DNA of 64,000 nt from Thermoplasmatota archaeon (lineage in GTDB: Archaea; Thermoplasmatota; Poseidoniia; Poseidoniales; Thalassarchaeaceae). The notes under the pieces are model-generated. The model did no database searches and was not told the DNA's origin. It saw only the letters and a program-made list of their open reading frames with translations. Below, one piece after another: positions 38,674-49,396 of the stretch. Made by a program: the position numbers and the translations under genes. The stretch covers positions 2,250-66,249 of the forward strand of contig JAURCP010000007.1 in NCBI GenBank assembly GCA_030828405.1, read 5' to 3'. Each line of letters begins with the position of its first letter. Position 1 is the first letter of the stretch.

Positions 38674-39458
38674 TTAGACCAACCAACTTCTTCCAGTATA
38701 GAATCGGCATCACTAGATCGTATTTTATCGAGTGTAGGTTGGAAAAATCTCCAAGCGAAATATCCTACGAACATACCAGAAAACAAATCGAACATATAGT
38801 GTTGTTTGGTTGTGAGTATACTAATACACAGTAGGACCCATTCAACCCACAAAAGTATCTTGAATGGTTTCGCCCAATTAGTTTCTGAATAGTTGTGATT
38901 TAACCAATGAGTAATCATTCTTGCAAGGCAATATGAGTGAACAATATGGAGACTTGGCCACGCATTCCAAGGCTTGTCAGAAGTATGTATAAACTCAAAG
39001 AGAATTGTCTCTAGACCATTCATAGAATCCCAATCAATTTGATTTCTCATGTCAACTTCTGCTGGAAATAATAAGAAAATCATTACACAAAATAGGGTGG
39101 CTAGAATTAGCATTTGCATTGCTGATATTAACTCCAAACGACCTTTGTCGTCCTTAGGAGTCAGAATCAAAGTTGTAGGATAAAATAAGTACAATGCAGC
39201 GTACGGAATTATCATCCAATTAATCACAGGAACAGAACGATCGTATGAAATCTCGGGAAATACTGAGAATGCGTCTTCAAGATAGAAATGTGCGATATTA
39301 TTAGAGCCAAAGTATGGCACTGCAATGAATATTAGGCCGAAAACAAATACTTCGAGAGGGAACCAATTGCCATTGAGTACTTCTCTTCGCTCCCAAGAAC
39401 CTCTCCAGAATCTTTTCCAAGGCATTGTTAATCTAGATATGATTGAATCATTATCCAT
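38670..39458 (-). CDS. PAP2 / inositol-phosphorylceramide synthase-like membrane protein
   Basis: D.PWNAWPSLH and TTKQHY..D motifs, multiple TM helices. Confidence 0.8.
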   Translation of the reverse strand: MDNDSIISRLTMPWKRFWRGSWERREVLNGNWFPLEVFVFGLIFIAVPYFGSNNIAHFYLEDAFSVFPEISYDRSVPVINWMIIPYAALYLFYPTTLILTPKDDKGRLELISAMQMLILATLFCVMIFLLFPAEVDMRNQIDWDSMNGLETILFEFIHTSDKPWNAWPSLHIVHSYCLARMITHWLNHNYSETNWAKPFKILLWVEWVLLCISILTTKQHYMFDLFSGMFVGYFAWRFFQPTLDKIRSSDADSILEEVGWSN

Positions 39459-39514
39459 GTAGATTACTCGTCAGGTAAAGCATTTGAAGTTAACACTGGA
39501 CAAGTATTGAGAAA

Positions 39515-40966
39515 TTATTCTTCATCAGGCATAATATAAGATACTAAAATAGTCACTAAAGAGGATCCTAGTAATGCACTTAAGAAAACTTCCAGATTAG
39601 CTAAACCAGCATCATTAGTAGGTGAAAAAAGATAATCGATTCCTGCTGAAAAGTCTTCAGTCAATGTACCATATATCACGACTGAGAGGAGCCCAGAAAA
39701 TGCACCAAATAGAGACCCCTTTGATGAAACTCTATCCCAAAGAGTCAGTAAAACTGGCCCCACGGTTGCAGCAGCATACAAATCGGCTCTTAGGAAAATC
39801 TCGAAAACACCGCCACTATCTAGTGTAAAACCAGCAATTGTAGGCCCTGTTGCCAGATAAATAGCTAATGGAATCATGGCGACTGTTAGATATTTAGCCG
39901 CATTAAGACTAATTTTGTCATCACATATGTCTCTAGATATTGAAGCAATAATTGCGTTTTGCAAAGTATCAGCACTAGAACATACCAATGCAATAGATAG
40001 TATTACGAATGCTACCACAAAAAACAAGCCTATTTCTTCAATCAAATAAAAGAAAGAGACGGAAGGGTCACTGACAGCACCCTGTCCTGCAACAGAAGTT
40101 CCAAGGAAACCCATTATGAATATCAATGGGAACACTATCAGAGAAGCAGTTATAGCCGCTTTTTTCAACGATTTTTCATCTTCACTAGCCCAAGCTCTTT
40201 GCCAGTTACCTTGAGAAAACATTTCTGCAGCCGTAATTGCTACAACAAGTGCCAACCCAGATTTAAAAGTTGAAGTATCACTAATACTACCATGATACCA
40301 ATCCCATTCTATATCTTCTGGAGTATACGATTTAGCATCGGAAATTAAACTGTTAATATCTCCAATAAATAGTATTACTAGTAAAGAAGATATCAAAAAC
40401 ATGATTGCCCATGCTTGGATTTTATCGGTTTCAAGAGAGGCAGGAAGACCCCCGTAAGCAGTATATCCCGCAGTGACCACACCAACTGCAACCATTGGTA
40501 CTAAAGGATCCATACCGACTAAGATTTCCATGACTTTACCAATAGCAGTGAATTCCGCAAAAAGAAAAGTAAACATATACAGTATAGAAATTAAACCAAC
40601 ATAAATCTGCATAGGTCTACCTGCACGAGATTTAGCATAATCAGCAAGAGTGACCCCCTCGGGTAATCTCTCTCTAACCATAGGTCCGACATATGCAAGT
40701 AAAAGGAAAGGAGTTGATGCAGAAAGAGCATACCCAAAAACGTCCCAAAAGCCACCATAATAACCAACCTCAGAAGGGGCTAATAGAACCCAAATACCCA
40801 TTCCCGAAGCAAAAAGACTCAGAGTAATACTAAGAGTATTTTGAGTACCTCTGGCAGATAGATAATCATCACTATTAATTTCTTTATTGGCTACCGAATG
40901 ATATGCAATATATCCAAAAAATCCTAGAGTAGCAAGCATCAATCCGTAAGCAATATTGTTATCCAT
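39515..40966 (-). CDS. Sodium:solute symporter, probable thiamine or thiamine-precursor transporter
   Basis: About 13 TM; YTAYGGL.AS..TD.IQ, WQRAWA, SSADT; TPP riboswitch immediately upstream. Confidence 0.85.
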   Translation of the reverse strand: MDNNIAYGLMLATLGFFGYIAYHSVANKEINSDDYLSARGTQNTLSITLSLFASGMGIWVLLAPSEVGYYGGFWDVFGYALSASTPFLLLAYVGPMVRERLPEGVTLADYAKSRAGRPMQIYVGLISILYMFTFLFAEFTAIGKVMEILVGMDPLVPMVAVGVVTAGYTAYGGLPASLETDKIQAWAIMFLISSLLVILFIGDINSLISDAKSYTPEDIEWDWYHGSISDTSTFKSGLALVVAITAAEMFSQGNWQRAWASEDEKSLKKAAITASLIVFPLIFIMGFLGTSVAGQGAVSDPSVSFFYLIEEIGLFFVVAFVILSIALVCSSADTLQNAIIASISRDICDDKISLNAAKYLTVAMIPLAIYLATGPTIAGFTLDSGGVFEIFLRADLYAAATVGPVLLTLWDRVSSKGSLFGAFSGLLSVVIYGTLTEDFSAGIDYLFSPTNDAGLANLEVFLSALLGSSLVTILVSYIMPDEE

Positions 40967-40971
40967 TTTTT

Positions 40972-41048
40972 ATTCCTCCGCTGGTATTATCCAGATCAGG
41001 TCAAAGGGTCGTTACTTTCGTAACCTCTCAGCAAAAGCTCCCCATCAT
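40972..41048 (-). ncRNA. TPP riboswitch
   Basis: Minus strand GGGGAGC-TTTT-GCTGAGAG-GTTAC-GAAA-GTAAC-GACCCTTTGACCTGATCTGGATAATACCAGCGGAGGAA matches the conserved UGAGA, ACCUGAU and UAAUaCCAGCGnAGG core. Confidence 0.92.
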
Positions 41049-41081
41049 GAGGACTGAGATGAGGCTATTGAATATATTCCC

Positions 41082-42701
41082 TCAGTTATCAGGTTGCATG
41101 AATTGGTAATCCCAATTTTGTGGAGGCTCGAATGTTCTTTTTACTGAACGAGGACTAATCCACCTTAACAAATTCAATGGTCCGCCAGCTTTGTCATTGG
41201 TACCACTAGCTCTAGCGCCACCGAATGGTTGTTGAGCGACTACAGCACCTGTTGGTTTATCATTGATATAGAAATTTCCTGCTGTAAATCTAAGAGCATT
41301 GAATGCTTTCTGTACATCAGATTCATCATTGGCGAAGATTGACCCAGTAAGAGCATATGGAGAAGATTCATCACATAGAGTTAGTACTTCATCGAACTTA
41401 TCGTCATCATATAGATAGACGGTTAGTACTGGGCCAAATATCTCATCTATCATTGTCTCTGATTTAGGATTTGATGTTACGATAATTGTTGGTTCAATGA
41501 ACCATCCTACTGAATCATCATAATTCCCGCCAACAATTACTTCACACGAGTCATCAGCCTTGGCTCTATCAATATAGCCAGTTATCTTGTCGAAAGATCT
41601 TTGATCAATCACAGCAGTCATAAAGTTGGTAAAATCCATAGCATCTCCCATCTTTATTTTCCTAATTTCATCACATAATTCATCACTGATTGATGACCAA
41701 ACTGATTGAGGCACATATGCTCTACTAGCAGCAGAACACTTCTGACCTTGGAACTCAAATGAGCCTCTCAGTAATGCTACTAACAAACCACGCTCATTGC
41801 AATTAGGATGAGCTACAACAAAGTCTTTACCGCCTGTTTCACCAACAATTCGAGGGTATGAACGGAGATTGGGTAAAGCTAAACCAATTTCCTGCCAAAG
41901 ACCTTGGAAAGTTGCAGTTGAGCCGGTGAAATGTAAACCAGCAAAGTCAGGATTTGCTAGAGCAACCTCCGTTATTTCTGCACCAGAACCTGGCAAGAAA
42001 TTTATCACGCCATCTGGCAATCCGGCTTCCATCATTAACTGCATAAGAATGTAGTTAGATAAGTATGAATTCCTACTCGGCTTCCAAACAGATGTACATC
42101 CAACAATTGCAGGAGCGCTGGGGAGATTAGCCGCGATACTGGTGAAATTAAACGGTGTTATTGAAAGAACAAAACCTTCCAAAGGACGTATTTCAGTGGA
42201 GTTTTTAACCCCTGGAGGTGAAACTAATGGTTGGAAATCATCATGAAAATTTCTTGCATAGAAGCAATTAAAGCGCCAGAAATCAATTAATTCACACGCA
42301 GAATCTATTTCTGCCTGGAAAACTGTTTTTGATTGATTAAGCATGGTAGAGGCATTTACTTTCATCCTCCATTCTCCTGCTAATAAATCAGCACACTTCT
42401 CAAAAATTTCGCATCTAGATTCTAAACCAATATCGATCCAATTTTGTTGCGCATTAACTGCTGCCTTGCAAGCATTTTCCATCTCATCTTTACCTGCCAA
42501 GTGAACTCTTGCGATAATTTGATTATGGTTATGAGGAATTACCTGAGTTGCAATATTTCCAGTAAATACTTCTTTACCATTTATGATACAAGGGATTTCA
42601 ATTATCTCATTCATTTGCCTATCAAGTTCTGCTTTGATTTCAATTCTCTCTTTACTACCCGGAGAATAGCCGAGGATAGGCTCGTTAACTGGATGACTCA
42701 T
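41082..42701 (-). CDS. pruA: L-glutamate gamma-semialdehyde (P5C) dehydrogenase
   Basis: PVNEP, PFNFT, FTGST, GETGGKDF, FQGQKCSA, FYINDKPTGAVV, SGTNDKAG. Confidence 0.93.
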   Translation of the reverse strand: MSHPVNEPILGYSPGSKERIEIKAELDRQMNEIIEIPCIINGKEVFTGNIATQVIPHNHNQIIARVHLAGKDEMENACKAAVNAQQNWIDIGLESRCEIFEKCADLLAGEWRMKVNASTMLNQSKTVFQAEIDSACELIDFWRFNCFYARNFHDDFQPLVSPPGVKNSTEIRPLEGFVLSITPFNFTSIAANLPSAPAIVGCTSVWKPSRNSYLSNYILMQLMMEAGLPDGVINFLPGSGAEITEVALANPDFAGLHFTGSTATFQGLWQEIGLALPNLRSYPRIVGETGGKDFVVAHPNCNERGLLVALLRGSFEFQGQKCSAASRAYVPQSVWSSISDELCDEIRKIKMGDAMDFTNFMTAVIDQRSFDKITGYIDRAKADDSCEVIVGGNYDDSVGWFIEPTIIVTSNPKSETMIDEIFGPVLTVYLYDDDKFDEVLTLCDESSPYALTGSIFANDESDVQKAFNALRFTAGNFYINDKPTGAVVAQQPFGGARASGTNDKAGGPLNLLRWISPRSVKRTFEPPQNWDYQFMQPDN

Positions 42702-42756
42702 ATTACGGCGCTACTAGATAATGCATTTTATCATTACTAGAAGAAATACTAGAAGT

Positions 42757-43044
42757 TTAACCCCATTCATTAGGATCGTCTTTCTTCGACTTTTTCCACT
42801 CTCGATAACATGACTTACAAACGGTGACTCTCCTAGAGTTCCCTAAAAGACCGTCTTCTCCCCAAACATCAGCTGCTCTATCAAATGCTAATTTACGACC
42901 ACCTATTTTTTTGTCAGCCCAATTTCCACATCCGGCAACATCACAACGAATATCACCTGAATATTCTTCTTTCTCTTTCTTAGATGGACCTTTCGCCGCT
43001 GAAGCTAATTGTTGTTTTTTCTTAGCTCTGGATTTGAATCCCAT
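42757..43044 (-). CDS. Small basic zinc-finger hypothetical protein
   Basis: CDVAGC...VCKSCY; Lys-rich N-terminus. Confidence 0.65.
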   Translation of the reverse strand: MGFKSRAKKKQQLASAAKGPSKKEKEEYSGDIRCDVAGCGNWADKKIGGRKLAFDRAADVWGEDGLLGNSRRVTVCKSCYREWKKSKKDDPNEWG

Positions 43045-43067
43045 AGTACTTCGAAAAGACACCTGAA

Positions 43068-44414
43068 TTAGAACGTTGCCTCTTCGGCAGGTACATCAAA
43101 TGGACCTCCTACCTTCGCTATCGATGCCTTTCTATCTGGTCCAACGCCTACACTAACCACAGGAATTCCTGATAATTCTTCTATTCTCTCTACAATATGT
43201 CTAACTTTCTCTGGCATTGCACCATAACCAATCCCTTCCGAACGAGATCTATCTGCCATAGAGATCCATTCCTCATCTGATAATGCAGGAAATCCTTCAT
43301 GAGTCTCGTAAATTGGCTTACATCTTGCTACTTCTTCAGAAGTTGTAGGGAAATATTTTATGACTTTGCCATCAAAATCATAACCAATACAAATTTTAAT
43401 CTCGTCCAGTCCTCCCAAAACATCTAATTTCGTGACTACTAAACCAGTATATCCATTGAACCTGTGAGCGTCTTTCAAAGCCACCATATCTAGCCATCCA
43501 GTCCTTCTTGGACGTCCGGTTGTAGTACCAAACTCATGACCTACTTGTGCCATATGATGGCCAGGTCCTTCGTCAAGAGATAATTCTGAGGGGAATGGCC
43601 CATTCCCAACTCTTGTCGTATATGCTTTTGTTATACCGAAGCATTGCTCAATATGTCCTGGATGAATACCCGCGCCATGAGTTGCATTCGCACGACTCGT
43701 TACTGAAGATGTAACAAAAGGATATGTTCCTTGATCTATATCTAACATTGCTCCTTGAGCGCCTTCAAGAAGAATTCTTTCACCATTTTGTAATGCGAAA
43801 TCAATCATTAATCCTGTTGGCCTGATTGCATCAGAATATCTTTCTAGTATCCATCTCAAGTCTGATGTTAAAGATTCATGAGTAATTCTTTCTGAGACGT
43901 TGACTGAATCTAATTGCTTATTCATTCTAGAAACTATTTCTGAAATTTTATCGCCGTCTGCAATTACATTGTTGATGTCGCAAAATCGAATTCCTACTCG
44001 TTCTATTCTATCGCGATAAGCAGGTCCAATTCCTCTTCCTGTGGTACCAACTACTTTGTCAGCAGAATCGTATAATCTATGGAACGGTAAAATTACAGAT
44101 GCTCTCTCACTAATGAATAAACGCTTACCTTCTGGCCTTTCCTTCGTCAGGGAATGCCATCTATCAAGCTCTTCTTCGAGAACCCAAGGGTCTATCACCA
44201 TTCCATCTCCAAGAACTAAGTTACAACCCATTGACGTTACACCAGAAGGAATTTGATGAAGTTTCAAAGTTGTATCTCCTAGAACTATTGTATGTCCAGC
44301 ATTGTTCCCCCCTTGAAATCTGACAGCCCAAGTAGAGTTGGGCGCTAGCTGATCAATCGCCTTACCTTTTCCTTCATCTCCCCACTGGGCCCCTAACACA
44401 ATATTCGCTGGCAC
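43068..44414 (-). CDS. purA: Adenylosuccinate synthetase
   Basis: GAQWGDEGKG, GGNNAGHT, GTTGRGIGPAY, EGAQG, GTTTGRPRR. Confidence 0.97.
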   Translation of the reverse strand: MPANIVLGAQWGDEGKGKAIDQLAPNSTWAVRFQGGNNAGHTIVLGDTTLKLHQIPSGVTSMGCNLVLGDGMVIDPWVLEEELDRWHSLTKERPEGKRLFISERASVILPFHRLYDSADKVVGTTGRGIGPAYRDRIERVGIRFCDINNVIADGDKISEIVSRMNKQLDSVNVSERITHESLTSDLRWILERYSDAIRPTGLMIDFALQNGERILLEGAQGAMLDIDQGTYPFVTSSVTSRANATHGAGIHPGHIEQCFGITKAYTTRVGNGPFPSELSLDEGPGHHMAQVGHEFGTTTGRPRRTGWLDMVALKDAHRFNGYTGLVVTKLDVLGGLDEIKICIGYDFDGKVIKYFPTTSEEVARCKPIYETHEGFPALSDEEWISMADRSRSEGIGYGAMPEKVRHIVERIEELSGIPVVSVGVGPDRKASIAKVGGPFDVPAEEATF

Positions 44415-44535
44415 AAGGTCTCGGCTTAGCCGAAGGCGAATGAATAGTTCGGTCCAAGAATCTTGGAAAAATGATAAAAAAAATTAGAATACCTAGCAAA
44501 GCGATTATGAAGGGTAGGCATTTCGGAGGCTTTGT

Positions 44536-44691
44536 ATGGCCCAACGTCACAGTATAGCAGAAGCACGTCTTCTCAAAAAGTGGATATGTATGAAATGCTC
44601 TGCAACTCATCGTGGTAGTAAACCTAGATCATGCCGAAAGTGTGGTTACACTAACCTAAGGCCTAAAGCCACTGAACGCCGAAGTAGTTAA
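44536..44691 (+). CDS. rpl40e: 50S ribosomal protein L40e (not in ORF track)
   Basis: Translated by hand: [51 protein letters not shown]; GGAGG SD upstream. Confidence 0.92.
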   Translation: MAQRHSIAEARLLKKWICMKCSATHRGSKPRSCRKCGYTNLRPKATERRSS

Positions 44692-44749
44692 TTGATTCTC
44701 TTTCAATTGAGTTTAATCACAATAGTAGATTAAGAGTTTAAACTAGAAG

Positions 44750-45025
44750 TTATTGTCGACGTGCTTCTGCTAGAAGAGTTTCTAGTGCGGTCTGGATTTG
44801 AAGACATAAGGGGCCAAAATGAAGAGGTAGATTTGGATCATTGAAAATATCATCAAGCATCGATGCAGTCATCCCAAGTCTCAAATCCATTTCTTTATTT
44901 TTATTCAATAGCCACTTATCTACTGATTCTTTTGCAGTAGTACGTATATTCCTAGGTACTTGCGAATCATCAAGTTGACTTAGTACAGATGCAATCTGTT
45001 GGATGCGGGATTCGATGTCTGACAC
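44750..45025 (-). CDS. UPF0147 family protein
   Basis: D..VPRNIR..A, LDDIFNDPNLP.H. Confidence 0.85.
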   Translation of the reverse strand: MSDIESRIQQIASVLSQLDDSQVPRNIRTTAKESVDKWLLNKNKEMDLRLGMTASMLDDIFNDPNLPLHFGPLCLQIQTALETLLAEARRQ

Positions 45026-45084
45026 ATTACCACCGAGTCGCCGACAAATGACATGTCCTTAAGCGCATCCCTAGATTAGTATGG

Positions 45085-45906
45085 TTATTGAGAAGATTCT
45101 TGTTCCCATGTAGCCCATGGCATATCAGTATTAGAAACACCTAAACCCCGCCCTGAAGGACCTAATGCGATTAGTCCAACAGAATGCTCTGGTGATATCA
45201 ATGTATCAATGCCCCAATTCATAGATTCTTCCAAAGAAAAAGTTTTGTTCTTTATTTTTTCATATACCTTGTTACTTAGAAGTGCTCTAGTGATAGCCTC
45301 GCCAATTCCTGTGGCAGCAACCGCTAGCCCTTCTTCTGCCCAAAACCCAGAACCGGGCAATGGTACGTCTCCAACTCTTCCAGGAGGTCGGAAACTGCAA
45401 CCTCCAGTACTTGTCGCGACTACAATCATTCCAGTTCTATCTCTAGCAATAACACCTACTGTATCTCCAGTCATCTCCCTTTCAGAATCGCCAATTTGAC
45501 CTTTCGGAGACACACCTACAACTTTTTTCTTCATATGTCCTTTTTCGTCCGCCCATTTTCTAGCACCTTGGGAAGTCAAGCCATTGATTTCTTCATCTAA
45601 CAAATCTGCGGCAACTAAAATTGGATTGGGAGTCTCTTCCATAGCAATAACAAAACCTATTTTCCCATCACCTGTCTGTATTGAAGCATCTGTTAACACT
45701 GATCCATCTGTGCGCATTACACTACCTGTCCCTGCATTAAAAACCGGATCATTTTCTAGAATTACACAAGCCTGAACTGCAGCATCTAATGCGGTTCCCC
45801 CTGCAGTAAGAATTTCAGCAGCCTTGTTTATTGCAACCTGAAGATTATCTTGACGGTCTGGCCCCGGACCTGCACCACCATGGGCTATTACTGCTGGAAT
45901 TGTCAT
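45085..45906 (-). CDS. Isoaspartyl peptidase / L-asparaginase (Ntn hydrolase)
   Basis: HGGAG, FNAGTGS, GD-TVG, ATSTGG, GRVGD, TGIGE. Confidence 0.9.
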   Translation of the reverse strand: MTIPAVIAHGGAGPGPDRQDNLQVAINKAAEILTAGGTALDAAVQACVILENDPVFNAGTGSVMRTDGSVLTDASIQTGDGKIGFVIAMEETPNPILVAADLLDEEINGLTSQGARKWADEKGHMKKKVVGVSPKGQIGDSEREMTGDTVGVIARDRTGMIVVATSTGGCSFRPPGRVGDVPLPGSGFWAEEGLAVAATGIGEAITRALLSNKVYEKIKNKTFSLEESMNWGIDTLISPEHSVGLIALGPSGRGLGVSNTDMPWATWEQESSQ

Positions 45907-45908
45907 GT

Positions 45909-47264
45909 TTATGTACTCCCTTTCAGTTGTGAACTTACTCCAATCTTCAATTGTAATATTAAAGCAAGGATAAAAATTATTCCCGCCACTCTAAAACAGG
46001 TATGGTAAGTCCATAAACCAATCCCCTCAACTGTCTCAGACCAAATATAGGCAGCTAATAGTGGCCCAATTATTCTGGCTAATGCGCTATATCCTTCTTG
46101 AGCCCCCATCACTGCACCCAGTTCATGACCTGAGTTGTTAGTTGCGAAGGTGAGCAATGATGATTGTGTAGGCGAAAAGAGTGCGTTGCCAATAGCTAAT
46201 GCAGCAGAGCTAAAGAAAACAATCCAACTAGCACTTGCGGGCACATAGGGTAAACTAGCAATTCCTAATCCACAAAGTAGAGTTCCAAAAATCATTAGGT
46301 TTTTCATGCTAAATCTATCGGTTAATTTACCAATAAGACCACCTTGGATGATTACTCCTATCACACCAATAAACGCGAAAATCCATCCATTTTGCATTTC
46401 GCTGAAACCAAGGCCGCCATTTTCAATTTCCATAGCAGTAAATAGTATGAAAGTACCGTGCATCATACTAAATCCAAACATAAATAAGAAATTAGCAGAA
46501 ATTAAAGTAGATATTTGAGGGAACTTCATAACATTAATTAGATTTTCAAAAATACTCCTAATTTCTTTCACAGGAGACTCTAACTGATTTTTTCTAGATT
46601 TTTTAGGGAGGCTCTCAGGAAGCCAAATTATTGCTAATAACAAAGAAATCAGTGAAAGAATACTTGAAAAAATACATGGTAACAAATAAGGATATTTTGA
46701 CCAAAATGTTGTATCAAAAATACCTCCAATACTTGTTGCTGGATCTGACAACAAACCCCCAATAAAAGGACCAATCATGAACCCGAGACCGAAAGCAGCA
46801 CCTATCATGCCCATTCTTCTGGATATATCACTAGGCTGACTTATATCACCGATATACGCCCTTGCAACTGCAATGTTCCCATTACCCGCACCAGCCAAGA
46901 AACGAGCGATAAGTGCCATACTGAGGCTTTGCGAGAGGCCGAAAACTATGAAAAATATTGAATTAGAAATCAGGCCAAGAATAATAACCGGACGCCTTCC
47001 ATAATTATCACTGAGTGATCCAAGAATCGGAGTGAAAATAAACTGTGCTAGAGAATAACAAGATATCACAACGCCGACCCACAAGTCTCTTCTTCCAATA
47101 TCCATTATTCCTTCAGCAAAAGCCAAGTCCTGAATAAAATAAGTTAGAAATGGGATAACTATGGTGAATCCTAACATATCAATTAGGACTACAAGAAATA
47201 AAATTCCCATCGGAGAACTCTTTGTCCCGTTATCTCCCATAAACAAACCGTGCGGGTTGGACAC
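45909..47264 (-). CDS. MFS transporter (TetA/DHA1-like)
   Basis: D.LGF.IVIP, G.LSD.YGRRPV, GAAFGLGFMIGP, LPES. Confidence 0.88.
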   Translation of the reverse strand: MSNPHGLFMGDNGTKSSPMGILFLVVLIDMLGFTIVIPFLTYFIQDLAFAEGIMDIGRRDLWVGVVISCYSLAQFIFTPILGSLSDNYGRRPVIILGLISNSIFFIVFGLSQSLSMALIARFLAGAGNGNIAVARAYIGDISQPSDISRRMGMIGAAFGLGFMIGPFIGGLLSDPATSIGGIFDTTFWSKYPYLLPCIFSSILSLISLLLAIIWLPESLPKKSRKNQLESPVKEIRSIFENLINVMKFPQISTLISANFLFMFGFSMMHGTFILFTAMEIENGGLGFSEMQNGWIFAFIGVIGVIIQGGLIGKLTDRFSMKNLMIFGTLLCGLGIASLPYVPASASWIVFFSSAALAIGNALFSPTQSSLLTFATNNSGHELGAVMGAQEGYSALARIIGPLLAAYIWSETVEGIGLWTYHTCFRVAGIIFILALILQLKIGVSSQLKGST

Positions 47265-47281
47265 TTAGTATTGAGGGAGTA

Positions 47282-49324
47282 TCAGGCTGAGGGTTGAGTA
47301 TCTGCGGTATTAGAAATAGTATCAATCACTAATGCTAACCTTTCAACCAATGAAACTTTATCATCTGAGCCAACAAGGGCATATTTCAGAACCTCATCTA
47401 GGGAATCGACAGGAATTACAGTAACCATAGACTCGTATTGTTCATCAATTAATACATCTTGCATATTAGAACGAGGGATAATAATAGTTTCAATTCCTGA
47501 TTTAGCTGCTGCTTCAATCTTGGCGGAAACTCCGCCTATAGGGAGTACTTCACCTCTGATGGATAGAGAACCGGTCATTGCAAGATTCTGTTCAATAGGC
47601 AATCCTTCAAATGCACTTATGATGGCAGTAGCCATAGTTATCGAAGCACTATCTCCGTCAACATTATGGGTCCCAGGGAATTGAACATGTACATCGAAGT
47701 CTTTGATATCATTTCCAGTTAGTTTTTTCACTACTGCACTAATATTTGTTACTGATTCTTTAGCTAAATCTGAAAGTCCACCAGTGGCTATGACCTGACC
47801 TGATCTGCCATGTGCTGCTGTCACCATAGCTTCTACTGGCAATACTACGCCTGAATAATCTGAAAGTCCTGAGTCTGCACCTAACACTGCTAATCCGTTA
47901 ACTCTTCCAATCCTTTCACCTTTATTCACAATCATAGAGTAATCTGCTTGTCTTTCCAAATACCTGTCTGCAACTTGTTGCTCAAGCGGTTTTGCAATAG
48001 CTCTGGCTCTGATGATATGTGATGCAGTAGTAATATCTGCATTTTCTTCAACTGCTAAATCGCCTGCAATCCGTATTAAACCTCCGAGTTCACGCAATCT
48101 AAGCGATAAACGGCCTCTACGGCCACTACGTCTTTGTGCTTCTTTCAAAATTAACCCAATAGATTCAAGATCAAAATGAGGAATAGGTTTTCCAGAGGTT
48201 TTCTTCCTTTCATTGACCACTTCCTGAGATACGAAACGGATCAGTCGACGACGATTTCTTTCTGTATCGGGCATATCTGTGTTAACATATACTTCATACC
48301 CGTATCCTCTGATTCTACTTCTAAGAGCAGGATGCATGTTCTGTATACTATCAAGATTCCCTGCTGCAATTAAAATAAAATCAGTAGGTACTGGCTCTGA
48401 TTTAGTCAAGGCTCCAGAAGAACGTTCAGAACGACCTGATATTGAAAGAGCCTTTTCTTGCATGGCAACTAACAAAGCTTGCTGTTCTTCCATCCTGAGC
48501 ATTCTAATCTCATCGATGTAAAGTACACCTTTGTTTGCTCTATGAACAGCACCTGGCTCAACTCTTTCATGAGCAGGTGTGGCCAAGTCCGCACCTGACT
48601 GGAACGGATCATGTCTAACATCACCCAGTAAAGCCCCAGCAAGAGTTCCGGTAGCATCAATGAATGGAGGTTCTTCATTTCGTTCATGCTTCACAAGAAG
48701 TTTGGGGATATTACCTTCATCTCCAGCAGTAAGCCTTCCTCTGAGGAAGAAATAACCGAATATCAATAAGAATGAACCGAAAATTAAAGTTAATATTTCC
48801 CCACTAGAAAGTGTTGCTAGAACTAATGCGGCACCAACTATTAGGACAATGAACAAGAGTGTTCGATTTGTTCTTTCTCTCTGTTGTCTAATCAAAGCTT
48901 TACGCTCAGAAATTATCCTCGAGCCTCTACCGGCAGGAACTGTCCGCACCTTAGGTTCATTCTCATCGTCTTGATTTCGATAAACTAGTATATCTTCTAA
49001 TTGTTCTTTTGGAAGAAATTCTGTCATTGAACGTGCTAACATTGACTTCCCAGTACCAGGTTCACCGACCATAATTACATGTCTTCTCTGCTCTGCGGCT
49101 TTTCTGACAACTATTGATGCAGCTTCTTGACCGATTACCTGGTCAACTAATTTTTCAGGTATAGGGACGTCAGCAGTTGAAGTGATTTGAACTTTCTTAA
49201 TCCATTCTTCAACAGGTATTTTACATACAGGATCTTTATCTTTAGCAACACCAAAAGCAGAACCATCATCCCAACTTTCGAGAGGGTTTTCTTTAACTAA
49301 TGATTCATCTGTTTCGTCTGACAA
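47282..49324 (-). CDS. lonB: Archaeal membrane-bound Lon protease
   Basis: DQVIGQ, GEPGTGKS, TM insertion, GDVRHDPFQSG, DGDSAS, GGVSAK. Confidence 0.96.
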   Translation of the reverse strand: MSDETDESLVKENPLESWDDGSAFGVAKDKDPVCKIPVEEWIKKVQITSTADVPIPEKLVDQVIGQEAASIVVRKAAEQRRHVIMVGEPGTGKSMLARSMTEFLPKEQLEDILVYRNQDDENEPKVRTVPAGRGSRIISERKALIRQQRERTNRTLLFIVLIVGAALVLATLSSGEILTLIFGSFLLIFGYFFLRGRLTAGDEGNIPKLLVKHERNEEPPFIDATGTLAGALLGDVRHDPFQSGADLATPAHERVEPGAVHRANKGVLYIDEIRMLRMEEQQALLVAMQEKALSISGRSERSSGALTKSEPVPTDFILIAAGNLDSIQNMHPALRSRIRGYGYEVYVNTDMPDTERNRRRLIRFVSQEVVNERKKTSGKPIPHFDLESIGLILKEAQRRSGRRGRLSLRLRELGGLIRIAGDLAVEENADITTASHIIRARAIAKPLEQQVADRYLERQADYSMIVNKGERIGRVNGLAVLGADSGLSDYSGVVLPVEAMVTAAHGRSGQVIATGGLSDLAKESVTNISAVVKKLTGNDIKDFDVHVQFPGTHNVDGDSASITMATAIISAFEGLPIEQNLAMTGSLSIRGEVLPIGGVSAKIEAAAKSGIETIIIPRSNMQDVLIDEQYESMVTVIPVDSLDEVLKYALVGSDDKVSLVERLALVIDTISNTADTQPSA

Positions 49325-49396
49325 GTGACTCCCTCGGGGTTAGTCCTGTAAGTCTGACCTTCTTGAAGGTGCGTCATAGAAGCATTAGCAAAAAAA

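Noticed and set aside
44420-44433. Short hairpin TCGGC-TTA-GCCGA just upstream of purA
   Set aside because: Only about 5 bp and no purine or ZTP riboswitch consensus; could be chance
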